This document shows positions 9,482-19,900 of a stretch of DNA of 64,000 bases, piece by piece. Origin of the DNA: Longimicrobiales bacterium (GTDB lineage Bacteria; Gemmatimonadota; Gemmatimonadetes; Longimicrobiales; Gaopeijiaceae); contig OZ220479.1 of NCBI GenBank assembly GCA_965115885.1, forward strand, positions 1,732,334 to 1,796,333. Direction: 5' to 3'. Every line of letters starts with the position of its first letter. Position 1 is the first letter of the stretch. The position numbers and the translations under genes are program-made. A model generated the notes under the pieces. That model had not been told where the DNA came from. It searched no databases and saw nothing but the letters and a program-made list of their open reading frames with translations.

Positions 9482-10918
9482 CTATGGAGCCACCTCCGCG
9501 TTCCGGGACGGGCCGGAACGCGTCCCCGCGCCGCCCCCGTCCCCGTCTTCGTCCCGGAGGGCGCGGGCGCGCAAGGCCTCGAAGCGTTCGAGTCTCGCCG
9601 CGACGTCCCGCTCCTGCCCCGTCGATCCCGGGCGATAGAAGCGCTCGCCTTCGAGTTCTTCGGGAAGATAGCTCTGGGCGGCGACGCCGTCCGGCGCGTC
9701 CGGATCGTACCGGTACCCGGCTCCGTATCCCAGTTGCCGCACGACCTCGGTCGGAGCGTTGCGGAGATGGAGCGGCACCTGGGCGCCGGGCGTCGAGCGC
9801 GCCGCCCGCCGGGCGTCGAGCCACGCCCGGTGGAGGCGGTTCGACTTGGGCGCCGACGCCAGGTACACCGCGACTTGAGCGAGGGCGAGCTCCCCCTCGG
9901 GAGAGCCCAGGAAGCGAAAGGCGTCGCGACCGCCCAGCGCCAGCGCCAGCGCCTGCGGATCGGCCAGCCCGACGTCCTCCGCGGCCATGCGCACCAGCCG
10001 CCGTGCGACGTAGAGGGGATCCTGACCTCCGTCGAGCATGCGCGCCAGCCAGTAGAGGGCGCCGTCCGGGTCGCTGCCGCGGATCGCCTTGTGCAGGGCG
10101 GAGACGGTGTTGTAGTGCTCCTCGCCGCCCTTGTCGAAGTGCGCGAAGCGGTGTTGGGCCGCCTGCCGCGCGTGATCCATGGAGACGACGCGGTCGGGAC
10201 CGGCCAAATCGTCGGCCCGCTCCAGCACCCCGAGGGCGCGCCGCGCGTCTCCGTCGGCGCGGGTGGCGATCCAGTCCAGCACGCCCGCGGCGGCGCCCTC
10301 CGGCGCCCGACCCAGGCCCCGTTCGCCATCCTCCAGCGCGCGCCTCAGAACGGCGACCAATTCGTCCGCCGAGAGCGGCTCCAGGACGAACACCGGGGCG
10401 CGCGAAAGCAGCGGCCGAACGACTTCGAAACTCGGGTTCTCGGTGGTCGCGCCGACCAGGAAGACGACCCCCTCCTCGACGTAGGGAAGAAACGCGTCCT
10501 GCTGCGCCTTGTTGAAGCGGTGGATCTCGTCGCAGAAGAGGATCGTCCCGCGCCCGGTCGCTGCGCGGCGCTCCCGAGCTTCGGCGATGATCGCGCGGAC
10601 GCGCGCCACCCCCTCCGTGACCGCGGAAAACGCGACGAAGGCGGCGTCGCCGCGCTGGGCCATGAGCCGCGCCAGCGTGGTTTTCCCGCTCCCCGGGGGG
10701 CCCCAGAGGATCAGGCTCGAAAGCGCGCCGCCCTCGAGCATCGTCCTGAGCGGGCTGCCGTCCTCCAGCAGCCGACTCTGGCCCGCGAATTCGGCGAGCG
10801 CGCGCGGGCGCATGCGCGCCGCGAGCGGAGCGCCCGCACCGACGGGGAAATCCGTCCCGCGCGCCGCGCCGCGGAAGTCGCTTCCGCTCTCGTCCCCGAA
10901 GAGGCTGAGCTCGCTCAC
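9482..10918 (-). CDS. rarA: Replication-associated recombination protein A (MgsA/RarA AAA+ ATPase)
   Basis: Motifs GPPGSGKTTLARL, ILFCDEIHRFNKAQQD and C-terminal HYNTVSALHKAIRGSDPDGALYWLARML. GTG at 10916-10918 is in a GTGA overlap with the upstream stop. Confidence 0.9.
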   Translation of the reverse strand: MSELSLFGDESGSDFRGAARGTDFPVGAGAPLAARMRPRALAEFAGQSRLLEDGSPLRTMLEGGALSSLILWGPPGSGKTTLARLMAQRGDAAFVAFSAVTEGVARVRAIIAEARERRAATGRGTILFCDEIHRFNKAQQDAFLPYVEEGVVFLVGATTENPSFEVVRPLLSRAPVFVLEPLSADELVAVLRRALEDGERGLGRAPEGAAAGVLDWIATRADGDARRALGVLERADDLAGPDRVVSMDHARQAAQHRFAHFDKGGEEHYNTVSALHKAIRGSDPDGALYWLARMLDGGQDPLYVARRLVRMAAEDVGLADPQALALALGGRDAFRFLGSPEGELALAQVAVYLASAPKSNRLHRAWLDARRAARSTPGAQVPLHLRNAPTEVVRQLGYGAGYRYDPDAPDGVAAQSYLPEELEGERFYRPGSTGQERDVAARLERFEALRARALRDEDGDGGGAGTRSGPSRNAEVAP

Positions 10919-12234
10919 GCGGGCGTTCCCCGCGCCGCCGCCCGCGTGCGGGCCTCGATGTAGCGCCGGGCCCGTCCCGCCAGATCCGAACGGCGGTTTC
11001 GGGAGGGATCTTCCAGGACCAGATCGAGCAGATGGGCGAACACGGCCCCGAATTCGGGACCGGGAGGAAAGCCCATGGCGATCAGGTCCCGTCCGTTCAA
11101 CGCCAAGTCCGACACCGCGAGCGGGGGGTCCTTCGCCAATTCCGCCCGGACCGCGCGCCAACGGGCGAGCACGACGCCCGCGGAGTCCGGCATCCCCCGC
11201 TCGGCCTCGAGGCGCGCGCGCGCGATCCAGATGCGGAACAGGTCGCGGCGGTTCACGTTGCGGGTCCGGCGCAGCCAGCGGCGCACCTGCGCGGGCCCGG
11301 CGCGGAGATCGAGGGGAGCCTGTGCGGCGCGCACCAGCCCGCGCACGCTCTCGACGTCGGATCGGGAATAGCGGAGCCGCTCCATCAACGCGGCCGCGCG
11401 CGGCCCGGTCTCGCCCAGGAGGCACGCCAGGCGGGCGAGCGGATGCCTTCGGGAGACGATGTCCACCGTCAGCAGGGCGGCGCTCCAGCCGTCGAGCGAG
11501 CCCCCCGCCCTGCGATCCGGACGTCGCGCCAGTTCCGGGTAGAGAACGGGAAGAACGCCGGCGGCGGCGTACAGGGAGAGCGCGCGCGACGGGATCGCGG
11601 AGGCGAGGACCCCGTTCAGCTCCTCGCGCACCCGCTCCGGGGACAGATCGGCCAGATGCCGCCTGTGTCGGCGGAGGGCGGACCAAGTGTTCGCCTCTAT
11701 GGAGAAGGCGAAGCGCCCGGCGAAGCGCAGCGCGCGCAGGATGCGCAGAAAATCCTCGGCGAAGCGGGTTCGGGCGTCGCCCACCGTGCGCAGGATCCCC
11801 GCGGCGAGATCGTCCGCTCCTCCGAAGGGATCGCGCAACTCCTCGCGCAGGGGATGCCAGGCGATGGCGTTGACGGTGAAGTCCCGTCGCGCCAAGTCCT
11901 CTTCGACGTCGTCGGCGAACGCGATGGTGGCCCTGCGCCCGAAGGTCTCCACGTCGCGCCGGAAGGTGGTGACCTCGTACATGCCCCGGTGCGTGAGCAC
12001 CCCCACCGTCCCGTGTTCGATCCCGACCGGCACGACCCTCCCGAACACCGCCCGCACCTGGTCGGGTCGGGCGCGCGTGGCCAAGTCCCAGTCGCCGGCT
12101 CCGGCGGGCCGTCCCGCGAGCGCATCGCGCACGACGCCCCCCACCGCCCACGTTTCGAAGCCGGCCCGCTCGAGTTTGCGGATCACCCAGCGGACCGAGT
12201 CGGGAGCGGCCGGCGGTTCTCCCTGCTTCGTCAC
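10915..12234 (-). CDS. CCA-adding enzyme / poly(A) polymerase family tRNA nucleotidyltransferase
   Basis: Head-domain motifs GGVVRD, DWDLAT and RRDFTVNA. GTG at 12232-12234 is in a GTGA overlap. CCA-adding versus poly(A) polymerase cannot be distinguished from sequence alone. Confidence 0.8.
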   Translation of the reverse strand: MTKQGEPPAAPDSVRWVIRKLERAGFETWAVGGVVRDALAGRPAGAGDWDLATRARPDQVRAVFGRVVPVGIEHGTVGVLTHRGMYEVTTFRRDVETFGRRATIAFADDVEEDLARRDFTVNAIAWHPLREELRDPFGGADDLAAGILRTVGDARTRFAEDFLRILRALRFAGRFAFSIEANTWSALRRHRRHLADLSPERVREELNGVLASAIPSRALSLYAAAGVLPVLYPELARRPDRRAGGSLDGWSAALLTVDIVSRRHPLARLACLLGETGPRAAALMERLRYSRSDVESVRGLVRAAQAPLDLRAGPAQVRRWLRRTRNVNRRDLFRIWIARARLEAERGMPDSAGVVLARWRAVRAELAKDPPLAVSDLALNGRDLIAMGFPPGPEFGAVFAHLLDLVLEDPSRNRRSDLAGRARRYIEARTRAAARGTPA

Positions 12235-12524
12235 CGCCAGGCAGCCGCGCAGCGATCCAGGATCAGGCGCAGCCGGGAGGCCGGATCGGCTTCGTCGGCG
12301 GCCGCTTCGCAGGCGTAGGTGAGAAAAGCGTCCGCGGCCAGGAGCTGGAAGGCCGCGCGCCGGTCGAGTCTCCGGGCCACGTCGGCGCGGTCGAGCGCAG
12401 CGACGCCGAGATCGGCCAGTCCCTCGACCGACAGGGGGAGGTCGTCGTCGACCGCGAGCCACTCCTCGAGCGCGGCCGGCGCGGGCGGGCGTCGCGTCTC
12501 CAGCCAAGCGCCCAGCGCCGTCAC
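12231..12524 (-). CDS. Hypothetical 97-aa acidic protein wedged between alaS and the nucleotidyltransferase gene
   Basis: It exactly fills the gap, with GTGA overlaps at both ends (12521-12524 and 12231-12234). Sequence begins VTALGAWLETRRPP and ends DRCAAAWR. No recognisable motif. Confidence 0.5.
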   Translation of the reverse strand: MTALGAWLETRRPPAPAALEEWLAVDDDLPLSVEGLADLGVAALDRADVARRLDRRAAFQLLAADAFLTYACEAAADEADPASRLRLILDRCAAAWR

Positions 12525-15202
12525 CGCGCGCCACCGCCCCGGCCGCGCGAGGAAAGCTCGCGCACGACCGCTTCGCCCGCGGCCAGCGCCTCGTCCAGCC
12601 GGTCGAGATCGGCGACCCCCGCCTGGGCCATGTGCGGCCGACCGCCGCCGCGTCCCCCCACCACGGCCGCCACCCTCCGCACCACTTCGTCCGCCCTGAT
12701 CCCCCGGCGGACGAGCGCGGCGCCGACGAAGCTGAACAGAATCCGTTTGCCGCCGGGAAGTTCGGCGGCGACCACCGCCACCCCGGTCGGCTCGGCGGCC
12801 AGGAAGCCGTCTCCGTAGCTGCGCACCTCGGCCGCTCGGCGCGCCCGCAGCCGCACCGCTCTGTAGGCCGCCCGCGCGGGGGCGTCGCCGTCGAGAGCGA
12901 GCTCGCGGGCCACGACCACGGTCTCTCTCGCCCCCCCTTCCCTGCCCATCTCGTCCAGCAACCGTTCGAGCTCGGCCTTCTCCCGGACGAGCCGGCGCGT
13001 ACGCCGCACGACGTTCCCCACCGGCGTGCGGAGCAGGCCGGACACCTGCTCGAGGCGGGCTTCGATCCCCCGGTAGTGCGCGAGCGCGCCGGGACCCGTC
13101 GCCGCCTCGATGCGACGCACGCCCGCGGCGACTCCGGCCTCGCTCACCACCTTGAAGAGCCCGACCTCCCCCGTATGGCGCAGGTGGGTGCCGCCGCACA
13201 GTTCGACGCTCACGCCGGGAATCGCGATCGTGCGCACGCGGTCGCCGTATTTCTCCCCGAAGAGCGCCGTCGCGCCCGCCGCGACCGCGTCGTCGTAGGA
13301 GGATTCGCCCGCCCGGACCGGGTGATCGCGCCACACCGCCTCGTTGACCAGATCCTCGATCCTCCGGACTTCCCCGGGCGTCGTCGGAGCGGAGTGGGCG
13401 AAGTCGAAACGCAGTCGGTCCGGCGCCACCAGCGACCCCTGCTGAGCGGCGTGCTCGCCCAGCACGCGCCGGAGGGCCGCGTGCAGCAGGTGGGTCGCGG
13501 TGTGGTTCCGCTCCGTGTTGTGGCGCGCGGCCTCCGAGACTTGGGCGCGCGCCGGAACCGGACCCGAGTCCAGCGGCGGAGGATCGCCTTCCAGCGGCCC
13601 GACCAGCGCGGTTCGGCCCTCGACCCGCTCGACCCGATCGACGACGAGCCGCCACCCGTCTCCGGAAACCGTGCCCCGGTCGGAGACTTGGCCGCCGGCC
13701 TCCGCGTAGAAGGGGTTTTCGCGCAGCTGAACGCCCCATTCGGCGCCCCCCTCGCGCACGGCCAGGAGTACGGTCGACGCTCCGCGTCGATCGTATCCCA
13801 CGAAGGTCTGCGCGCCGTCCGGATCCAGCCGCCGCCACGCGGCCGCCGATCCGGGCGGGTCCGTCGCGCCCGGGACGCTTCCGACCGACGGGACGCTCCG
13901 GCTCCGCTCCCGTTGCCGTTCGAGCGCCTTCTCGAACCCCTCCACGTCCACGGAGAGCCCTCGCTCCCGCGCCATCGCCTGGGTGAGGTCCAGCGGAAAG
14001 CCGAAGGTGTCGTACAGACGGAAAGCCTCCTCTCCGTCGATCGCGCCGTTGCGGGCTTCCCGCAACGCCTCGCCGAAGCGTTGCATTCCCCCCTCGACGG
14101 TGGTCAGGAACCGCTCCTCCTCGCGGCGCGCGACCGACAGGATGCGCCGGGCCCCCTCGGTCAGCTCCGGGTAGGCTCCGCCCATGGTCGCGACGACCGC
14201 GTCCGCCACCTCCACCAAGGCGGGTTCGCGGCACCCGAGCAGCCATGCGTGCCGCACCCCGCGGCGCAGAATCCTCCGCAACACGTAGCCCCGCCCCTCG
14301 GCGGACGGATGGACTCCGTCGGCCAGGAGGAAGGCCACGGCGCGGCCGTGGTCGGCGAGCACCCGGTAGCCCACTCCCTCGGGCGCGTCCGCGGCGTACG
14401 GCCGTCCGACGACCTCGGCGGCGCGCTCCAGCAATGGCCGGAACAGGTCGGTGTGGTAATTGGAGTCCACGCCCTGAAGCACCGCGGCCAGACGCTCCAG
14501 CCCCGCCCCGGTGTCGATGGAGGGCGCCGGCAGAGGGTGCCGAATCCCGGCCTCGTCCCGGTTGAACTGCATGAACACCAAGTTCCACAGCTCGAGGAAC
14601 TCGCCGCGCTCGCCCTTCTCCTCGAACTCCGCGGCCGACAGTTCGGCGCCCCGTTCTCCCTCGGGCCGCAGGTCGTAGTGCACCTCCGAGCACGGGCCGC
14701 AGGGCCCGGTGTCGGCCATCTGCCAGAAGTTGTCCTTGTCGCCCAGCCGGTGGATGCGTTCGGGCGCGAGCCCCGCCACCTCGCGCCACAGCTCGGCCGC
14801 CTCGTCGTCGGTGCGGTGCACCGTCGCGTACAGCCGATCCGGATCGATGGCCAGCTCGTCGGTCAGGAAGTCCCAAGCGTAGCGGATGGCCTCGCGCTTG
14901 AAGTAGTCTCCGAACGAGAAGTTGCCGAGCATCTCGAAGAACGTGTGGTGGCGCGCGGTGCGCCCCACCTCCTCGAGATCGTTGTGCTTTCCGCCGGCGC
15001 GCAGGCACTTCTGGGAGGTGACCGCGGTCCGGTGCGGCGCGGCTTCTTCGCCCAGGAACACGCTCTTGAACTGAACCATGCCCGCGTTGGTGAACAGCAG
15101 GCTGGGATCGTTCCCGGGAACCAGCGGCGAGCTGGGCACCACGCCGTGTCCGCGCTCCGCGAAGAACCCCAGAAAGCGCCGGCGGATTTCAGCAGTGTCC
15201 AT
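12521..15202 (-). CDS. alaS: Alanine--tRNA ligase
   Basis: Motifs MDTAEIRRRFLGFFAERGH, FTNAGMVQFK and WNLVFMQF, plus an editing domain and a C-terminal DHHA1-like region. ATG at 15200-15202. Confidence 0.95.
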   Translation of the reverse strand: MDTAEIRRRFLGFFAERGHGVVPSSPLVPGNDPSLLFTNAGMVQFKSVFLGEEAAPHRTAVTSQKCLRAGGKHNDLEEVGRTARHHTFFEMLGNFSFGDYFKREAIRYAWDFLTDELAIDPDRLYATVHRTDDEAAELWREVAGLAPERIHRLGDKDNFWQMADTGPCGPCSEVHYDLRPEGERGAELSAAEFEEKGERGEFLELWNLVFMQFNRDEAGIRHPLPAPSIDTGAGLERLAAVLQGVDSNYHTDLFRPLLERAAEVVGRPYAADAPEGVGYRVLADHGRAVAFLLADGVHPSAEGRGYVLRRILRRGVRHAWLLGCREPALVEVADAVVATMGGAYPELTEGARRILSVARREEERFLTTVEGGMQRFGEALREARNGAIDGEEAFRLYDTFGFPLDLTQAMARERGLSVDVEGFEKALERQRERSRSVPSVGSVPGATDPPGSAAAWRRLDPDGAQTFVGYDRRGASTVLLAVREGGAEWGVQLRENPFYAEAGGQVSDRGTVSGDGWRLVVDRVERVEGRTALVGPLEGDPPPLDSGPVPARAQVSEAARHNTERNHTATHLLHAALRRVLGEHAAQQGSLVAPDRLRFDFAHSAPTTPGEVRRIEDLVNEAVWRDHPVRAGESSYDDAVAAGATALFGEKYGDRVRTIAIPGVSVELCGGTHLRHTGEVGLFKVVSEAGVAAGVRRIEAATGPGALAHYRGIEARLEQVSGLLRTPVGNVVRRTRRLVREKAELERLLDEMGREGGARETVVVARELALDGDAPARAAYRAVRLRARRAAEVRSYGDGFLAAEPTGVAVVAAELPGGKRILFSFVGAALVRRGIRADEVVRRVAAVVGGRGGGRPHMAQAGVADLDRLDEALAAGEAVVRELSSRGRGGGAR

Positions 15203-15255
15203 CGAGCGGTGGCCGAGTGCGGGGAGACGCCGCCGCACGGTGCGGGACGTCGACC

Positions 15256-15287
15256 CCGAAAGAATAACCGCGCCCCGCGACGGGGCT
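15256..15287 (-). terminator. Possible intrinsic terminator after recA
   Basis: Minus-strand hairpin GCCCCGTCGCGGGGC followed by GCGGTTATTCTTTCGG, about 75 nt downstream of the recA stop. Confidence 0.4.
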
Positions 15288-15361
15288 CAACACGCGCCCG
15301 GTCCGCCGGCCCCCGATCCGCGCCGGTGCGGGAGAGTCGCGGGGCCGCGACGCAATTTCCC

Positions 15362-16495
15362 CTACCGGCCGGAGGCGGCCGCGCGCGCTCCGCCGCTCTC
15401 GTTGGCCGTCGCACCCGCGCGGCGGCCCGGGACGCGAGGCGCCGCCGCGCCGTTCTTCCCGTTCTTCGCCGCGGCCTCCTCCGGGCGATCCAGGCCGATC
15501 GCGACCCGCACCTTCGCCTCGATCTCCCGGGCGACGTCGGCGTTTTCCTCCAGGAATTTGCGGGAGTTGTCCTTGCCCTGCCCCAGGCGCAGATCCCCGA
15601 AGGAGAACCAGGAACCGGAACGGGAAACGATTCCGTGGGCCACGCCCAAATCGACGAGGAGCGAGGAGTGGCTGATGCCCATGTCGTAGAGGATGTCGAA
15701 TTCGGCCTGCCGGAACGGCGGCGCGCACTTGTTTTTCACCACCTTGACGCGCACCCGGTTGCCTTGGAATTCCTGGCCGTCCTTGATGGCTCCGATGCGC
15801 CGGATGTCGAGTCGGAGCGAGGCGTAGAACTTGAGGGCGCGACCGCCCGAGGTGGTTTCCGGGCTCCCGAACATGACCCCCACCTTCTCGCGGATCTGGT
15901 TGGTGAAGATCACCGAGGTGTGCGAGCGATTCACCGCGCCCGTCAGCTTGCGCAACGCTTGGCTCATCAGCCGGGCCTGCAACCCCACGTGCGAGTCGCC
16001 CATCTCGCCTTCGATCTCCGCGCGCGGGACCAGCGCCGCCACCGAGTCGATCACGATCGCGTCGATGGCGTTGGAGCGGATCAGGACCTCGGCGATCTCG
16101 AGCGCCTGCTCCCCCGTGTCCGGCTGCGCCACCAGCAGCTCGTCGACGTCGACCCCGAGCTTGCGCGCGTAGCCGATGTCCAGCGCGTGCTCGGCGTCGA
16201 TGAACGCCGCGATGCCTCCCGCGCGCTGCGCGTTCGCGATCACGTGAAGGCACAGGGTGGTCTTGCCGCTCGACTCCGGTCCGTAGACCTCGCTGATGCG
16301 TCCGCGGGGAACGCCGCCGACGCCGGTCGCGGCGTCCAGGTTCAGGGAGCCCGTGGAGATGGCCTCGATCCGAACCCGTGCGGAGTCCGAGCCCATTTTC
16401 ATGATCGCGCCCCTTCCGTGGGCTCTCTCGATTTGCGTGAGCGCGTTCTTCAGCGCCCTGTTCCGGGAATCGGCCGCTTGGGGCTTGCGAGCCAT
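15362..16495 (-). CDS. recA: Recombinase RecA
   Basis: The ATG at 16493-16495 is preceded by AAGGAG. Motifs: GPESSGKTT Walker [17 protein letters not shown], and an L2 loop followed by [15 protein letters not shown]. Confidence 0.97.
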   Translation of the reverse strand: MARKPQAADSRNRALKNALTQIERAHGRGAIMKMGSDSARVRIEAISTGSLNLDAATGVGGVPRGRISEVYGPESSGKTTLCLHVIANAQRAGGIAAFIDAEHALDIGYARKLGVDVDELLVAQPDTGEQALEIAEVLIRSNAIDAIVIDSVAALVPRAEIEGEMGDSHVGLQARLMSQALRKLTGAVNRSHTSVIFTNQIREKVGVMFGSPETTSGGRALKFYASLRLDIRRIGAIKDGQEFQGNRVRVKVVKNKCAPPFRQAEFDILYDMGISHSSLLVDLGVAHGIVSRSGSWFSFGDLRLGQGKDNSRKFLEENADVAREIEAKVRVAIGLDRPEEAAAKNGKNGAAAPRVPGRRAGATANESGGARAAASGR

Positions 16496-16998
16496 CGCCG
16501 TGCTTCTCCTTGTGATCGGTCGCGCGATGCGGAAGAACGTCGAAGGTAAGGGTACCGAAGAGAAAGCGAAAGGGCGGCGCGGAAGACCCCGTCCCCGCGA
16601 GAAGGTGCCGAATCCGGGGAACCGGACCATATTGACCGCGTTGATCGCATCGGCATCGACGAGGAAACCATCCGCATGAGCCCTCCGGACAGCACGGTTC
16701 GCCCGCCGCGCACGCTTGGCGTGCGGGAATTTTTCGGAAGCCGGGACCTCGGTCGGCGAGGTCGTGCGCTTGGCGAATCGAGGATGAGCCGCAGTCGATC
16801 GCGGTCCGCGGCGAGGACGGGGTCGCCGTCGTGGCGGCCGGGGATTTCGACCGGCTGCCGCACGCGATCCTCCGCGAGTTCTTCTTGCGGGTTCCGCTCA
16901 ACCGGCACGCGGGTGGGGAAAGGAGCTCCGCACGCAAGACCGGGTTCCGACTTGAACGGGCGGTCGCCCCGATCCCGACCCGCAGGGCGGGAGGCGCC

Positions 16999-19900
16999 GT
17001 GACGGAGCGGAGCGGAGCCGCCTTCGGAGCGGCCGCCGCCGATCCGTTCGGACACGGCGCCTCCGGCCGGGACGGCGGCGGAACGGACCCGGGGGGCGCG
17101 GATGGATCCCGCCGCACGACCGACGGCCGCTCCATCGGGCGGGAGCTCGGGAAATCCCGCCGCGAGGTCCTCGATCTCTCCCTGCGCAACCCGCTCTTGA
17201 ACTTCCGTCCCTCGAAGCGGCGGGGTGTCGAGGTCGTGGACGAGCGGTCGCGCGAGTTGTTCGGGATCCTCGTGGGTCGGCCCGCAGGCGGCGCATCGTC
17301 GTCCAAGCCTCGATTCATGCGCTTCCTCCCCGTCCCCGAGGGGACGGAGGCGGCCGAAGATTCGGCTCCGGGAGACCTCGAGGACGTCTCCCCCGAACTC
17401 CTCGCCCTGCTGGACGAAGAGGCCGCCGCCCCCGGCGAGGCCGCCGCGCGCCACACCGACGACAAGCTCCAGACCGCGCTTCCCTACGCGGGGCTCGGCC
17501 TGCGCCTGCGCGAGACCTACCGCCACGCCCGCCGCTCCCTGGAGGAACAGGGGGTCAACATCCTCTATCTGGCTCTCGGGACGCTCAAGTGGCGCGAGTC
17601 CGAGAGCAGCGGCGCCGAACGCCGCGCGCCGCTGATCCTGGTCCCGGTCAAGCTCGAGAAATCCGGCGTGCGCGAGAGCTTCAAGCTCGCGTGGACCGGA
17701 GACGAAATCGAGGCGAACCTCTCGCTCGAAACCAAGCTCAGGCAGGACTTCGACGTCCGCCTGCCGCAGATGCCTTCCGAGGAGGACCTCGACGTGGAGG
17801 ACTATCTGTCCCGGGTCGAGGAGGCGGTCGCGCAACGGCCGCGCTGGGCGGTGGCGCGCGACGAAGTCCACCTGAACTTCTTCTCCTTCAGCAAGCTGCT
17901 CATCTACAAGGACCTGGACGCGGAGGTCTGGCCGGAGGGAAGCGGGCCGGACGATCATCCGCTGGTGCGACAGCTCTTCGGCGGCGACGGATTCGCCGAA
18001 GAGCCGCCCGCCATCGGCGAGAACGAGCACATCGACGACGCTCGGGGGGTGGCGGACCTCCATCCGGTGATGGATGCGGACTCTTCGCAGACGCTCGCGG
18101 TTCTGGACGCGATCCAGGGCCGAAATCTGGTGATCCAGGGACCGCCGGGCACCGGGAAATCGCAGACCATCGCGAACCTGATCGGCGAAGCGCTGGCCCA
18201 TGGCCGCACGGTCCTCTTCGTGGCGGAGAAGAGGGCCGCGCTGGAGGTGGTGAAGCGGCGCCTGGACTCGATCCACCTGGGCGACGCCTGCCTGGAGCTG
18301 CACAGCCACAAGACCAACAAACGCGCCGTGCTGGACGAGTTGAAGCGTACGCTGGCGATGGGCCGACCGCGGGTCGCGCGCGCGACCGAGGACGAGGTGC
18401 TGCTCGAGGAGGCCCGGGACCGCCTGAACGACTACGCCCGGGCGATCAACGCTCCGGTCGGCCGGAGCGGACTGAGCCCGCACGAGCTGGTCGGCCGCTT
18501 GGCGAAGCTCGAGCAGGACGGACTGACGGTCGACGGGCCGGGGCTCGCGCTCCGGGATTCGGCGTCGTGGAGCCGCGAGGACTTCGTGCGCCGACGCGAG
18601 GCGGTCCGCGAGCTCCAGGTTCTGGTGGGCATGATCGGCGTCCCCTCCGAACACGTGTGGTGGCCGTGCGGCCGACTTCGCTTCGTTCCCACCGACGAGC
18701 ATTCCGTGCGCCGCGCCTTGGAGGAGGCGTGCGACGCGGTGCGGCGGCTGGAGCGGGAGGCGGGCGAACTGATCGGCCGGGTCGGTCGCGCGCGGGCGTT
18801 CCGGGAAGTCGCGCCCCGGGAGATGGAGCGGACGATCCGCACCGCGCGCACGGCCCTGGAGGCTCCGCCGCTCGCGGGCGCCGATCACCGCAGTCCGGAT
18901 TGGGTGGTCCAGGCGGAGCGCGTCGAGGAACTGGCCGCCGCGGCGCATGCCTTCGCCGAAATCCGCGCGCGGCACGACGCCGCTCTGATCCCCGAGGCCT
19001 GGGATCGGAACGTCTTGGAGGAGCGTCGGGTCCTGCGCGCCTACGAGCGCAAGTGGTGGCGCGCCCTGTCCGGGACGTTTCGCGGAGCGCGCAGGGAAAT
19101 CGCGGGGCTCTGCCGCGGGGACGCGCCTCGGAGCGTCCGGGAACGCATCGAGCTGGCGGACGCCATCCTGGAGGCGGGGCGCCTGCGGCGCGAGATCGAA
19201 GAGGCGGACGATCTGACCGGCCGGTTGTTCCCGGGGTCGAGTCCGGGGGGTCGGGCGGAGCGGCACCGCGCCTTCGCGGAAGCCGCGGCATGGCTGGTGC
19301 AGCTCGGCCGCGACGAGGCCGCGGGGCTCGTGGACGAGGAGGTGCACGATCTGTTGGACCGCTTGCGCGGGCGTTCCGGCGGATCCCCGGGCACGGTCTC
19401 TTCCGACCCTTTCGACTCCGCGGGCCTGCGCGCCGCCGCCGACGCCTGCGAACGGACGACGGGGGAGCTCGAGGAGGCGCTGGAAGCGTTGCAGCTGCGG
19501 GCGGACCGGACGGAGCCCGGAGAATCTCCGCAAAGGCGCGCCTACGGCGCTCTGGACCGTTGGCTTCGGGCCGCCCTCGGCCAAGTGTCCTCCGTGCACG
19601 ACGTGGTTCGTTTCAACCTGTTGGAGAAGAACGCCGCCTACCTGGGCATCCCCGAGGTGGCCGAAGCGGCGGCGACGCGCTCGAACGCGGCGGATCACCT
19701 GACCCGCCTCTTCGAGCACTCCTGCTACACCGCCTGGCTGGACGCGGCCTTCGGCGAGCGCGAGGCGCTGGCCCAGTTCGACGGAGCGACCCACGCGGGC
19801 ATCGTCGACCGTTTCCGAGAGCTGGACATGGCGCAGTTCCACCGCAACCGGGCGCGGATCGCCGAGCGGCACTGGGAACGGCTTCCGCGCCACCGCGGCG

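Noticed and set aside
12632-16549. 1305-aa plus-strand ORF opposite alaS/recA. Similar giant ORFs: 26034-29354, 26111-29827, 8299-10329, 61689-63845 and 55454-57133
   Set aside because: All are shadow or off-frame ORFs of well-supported genes on the other strand or frame. They have typical high-GC low-complexity translations with no motifs.
16496-16700. LexA/SOS box upstream of recA
   Set aside because: I found no palindrome resembling CTGT-N8-ACAG, GAAC-N4-GTTC or other known LexA motifs. The lineage-specific motif is unknown to me, so no site is claimed.
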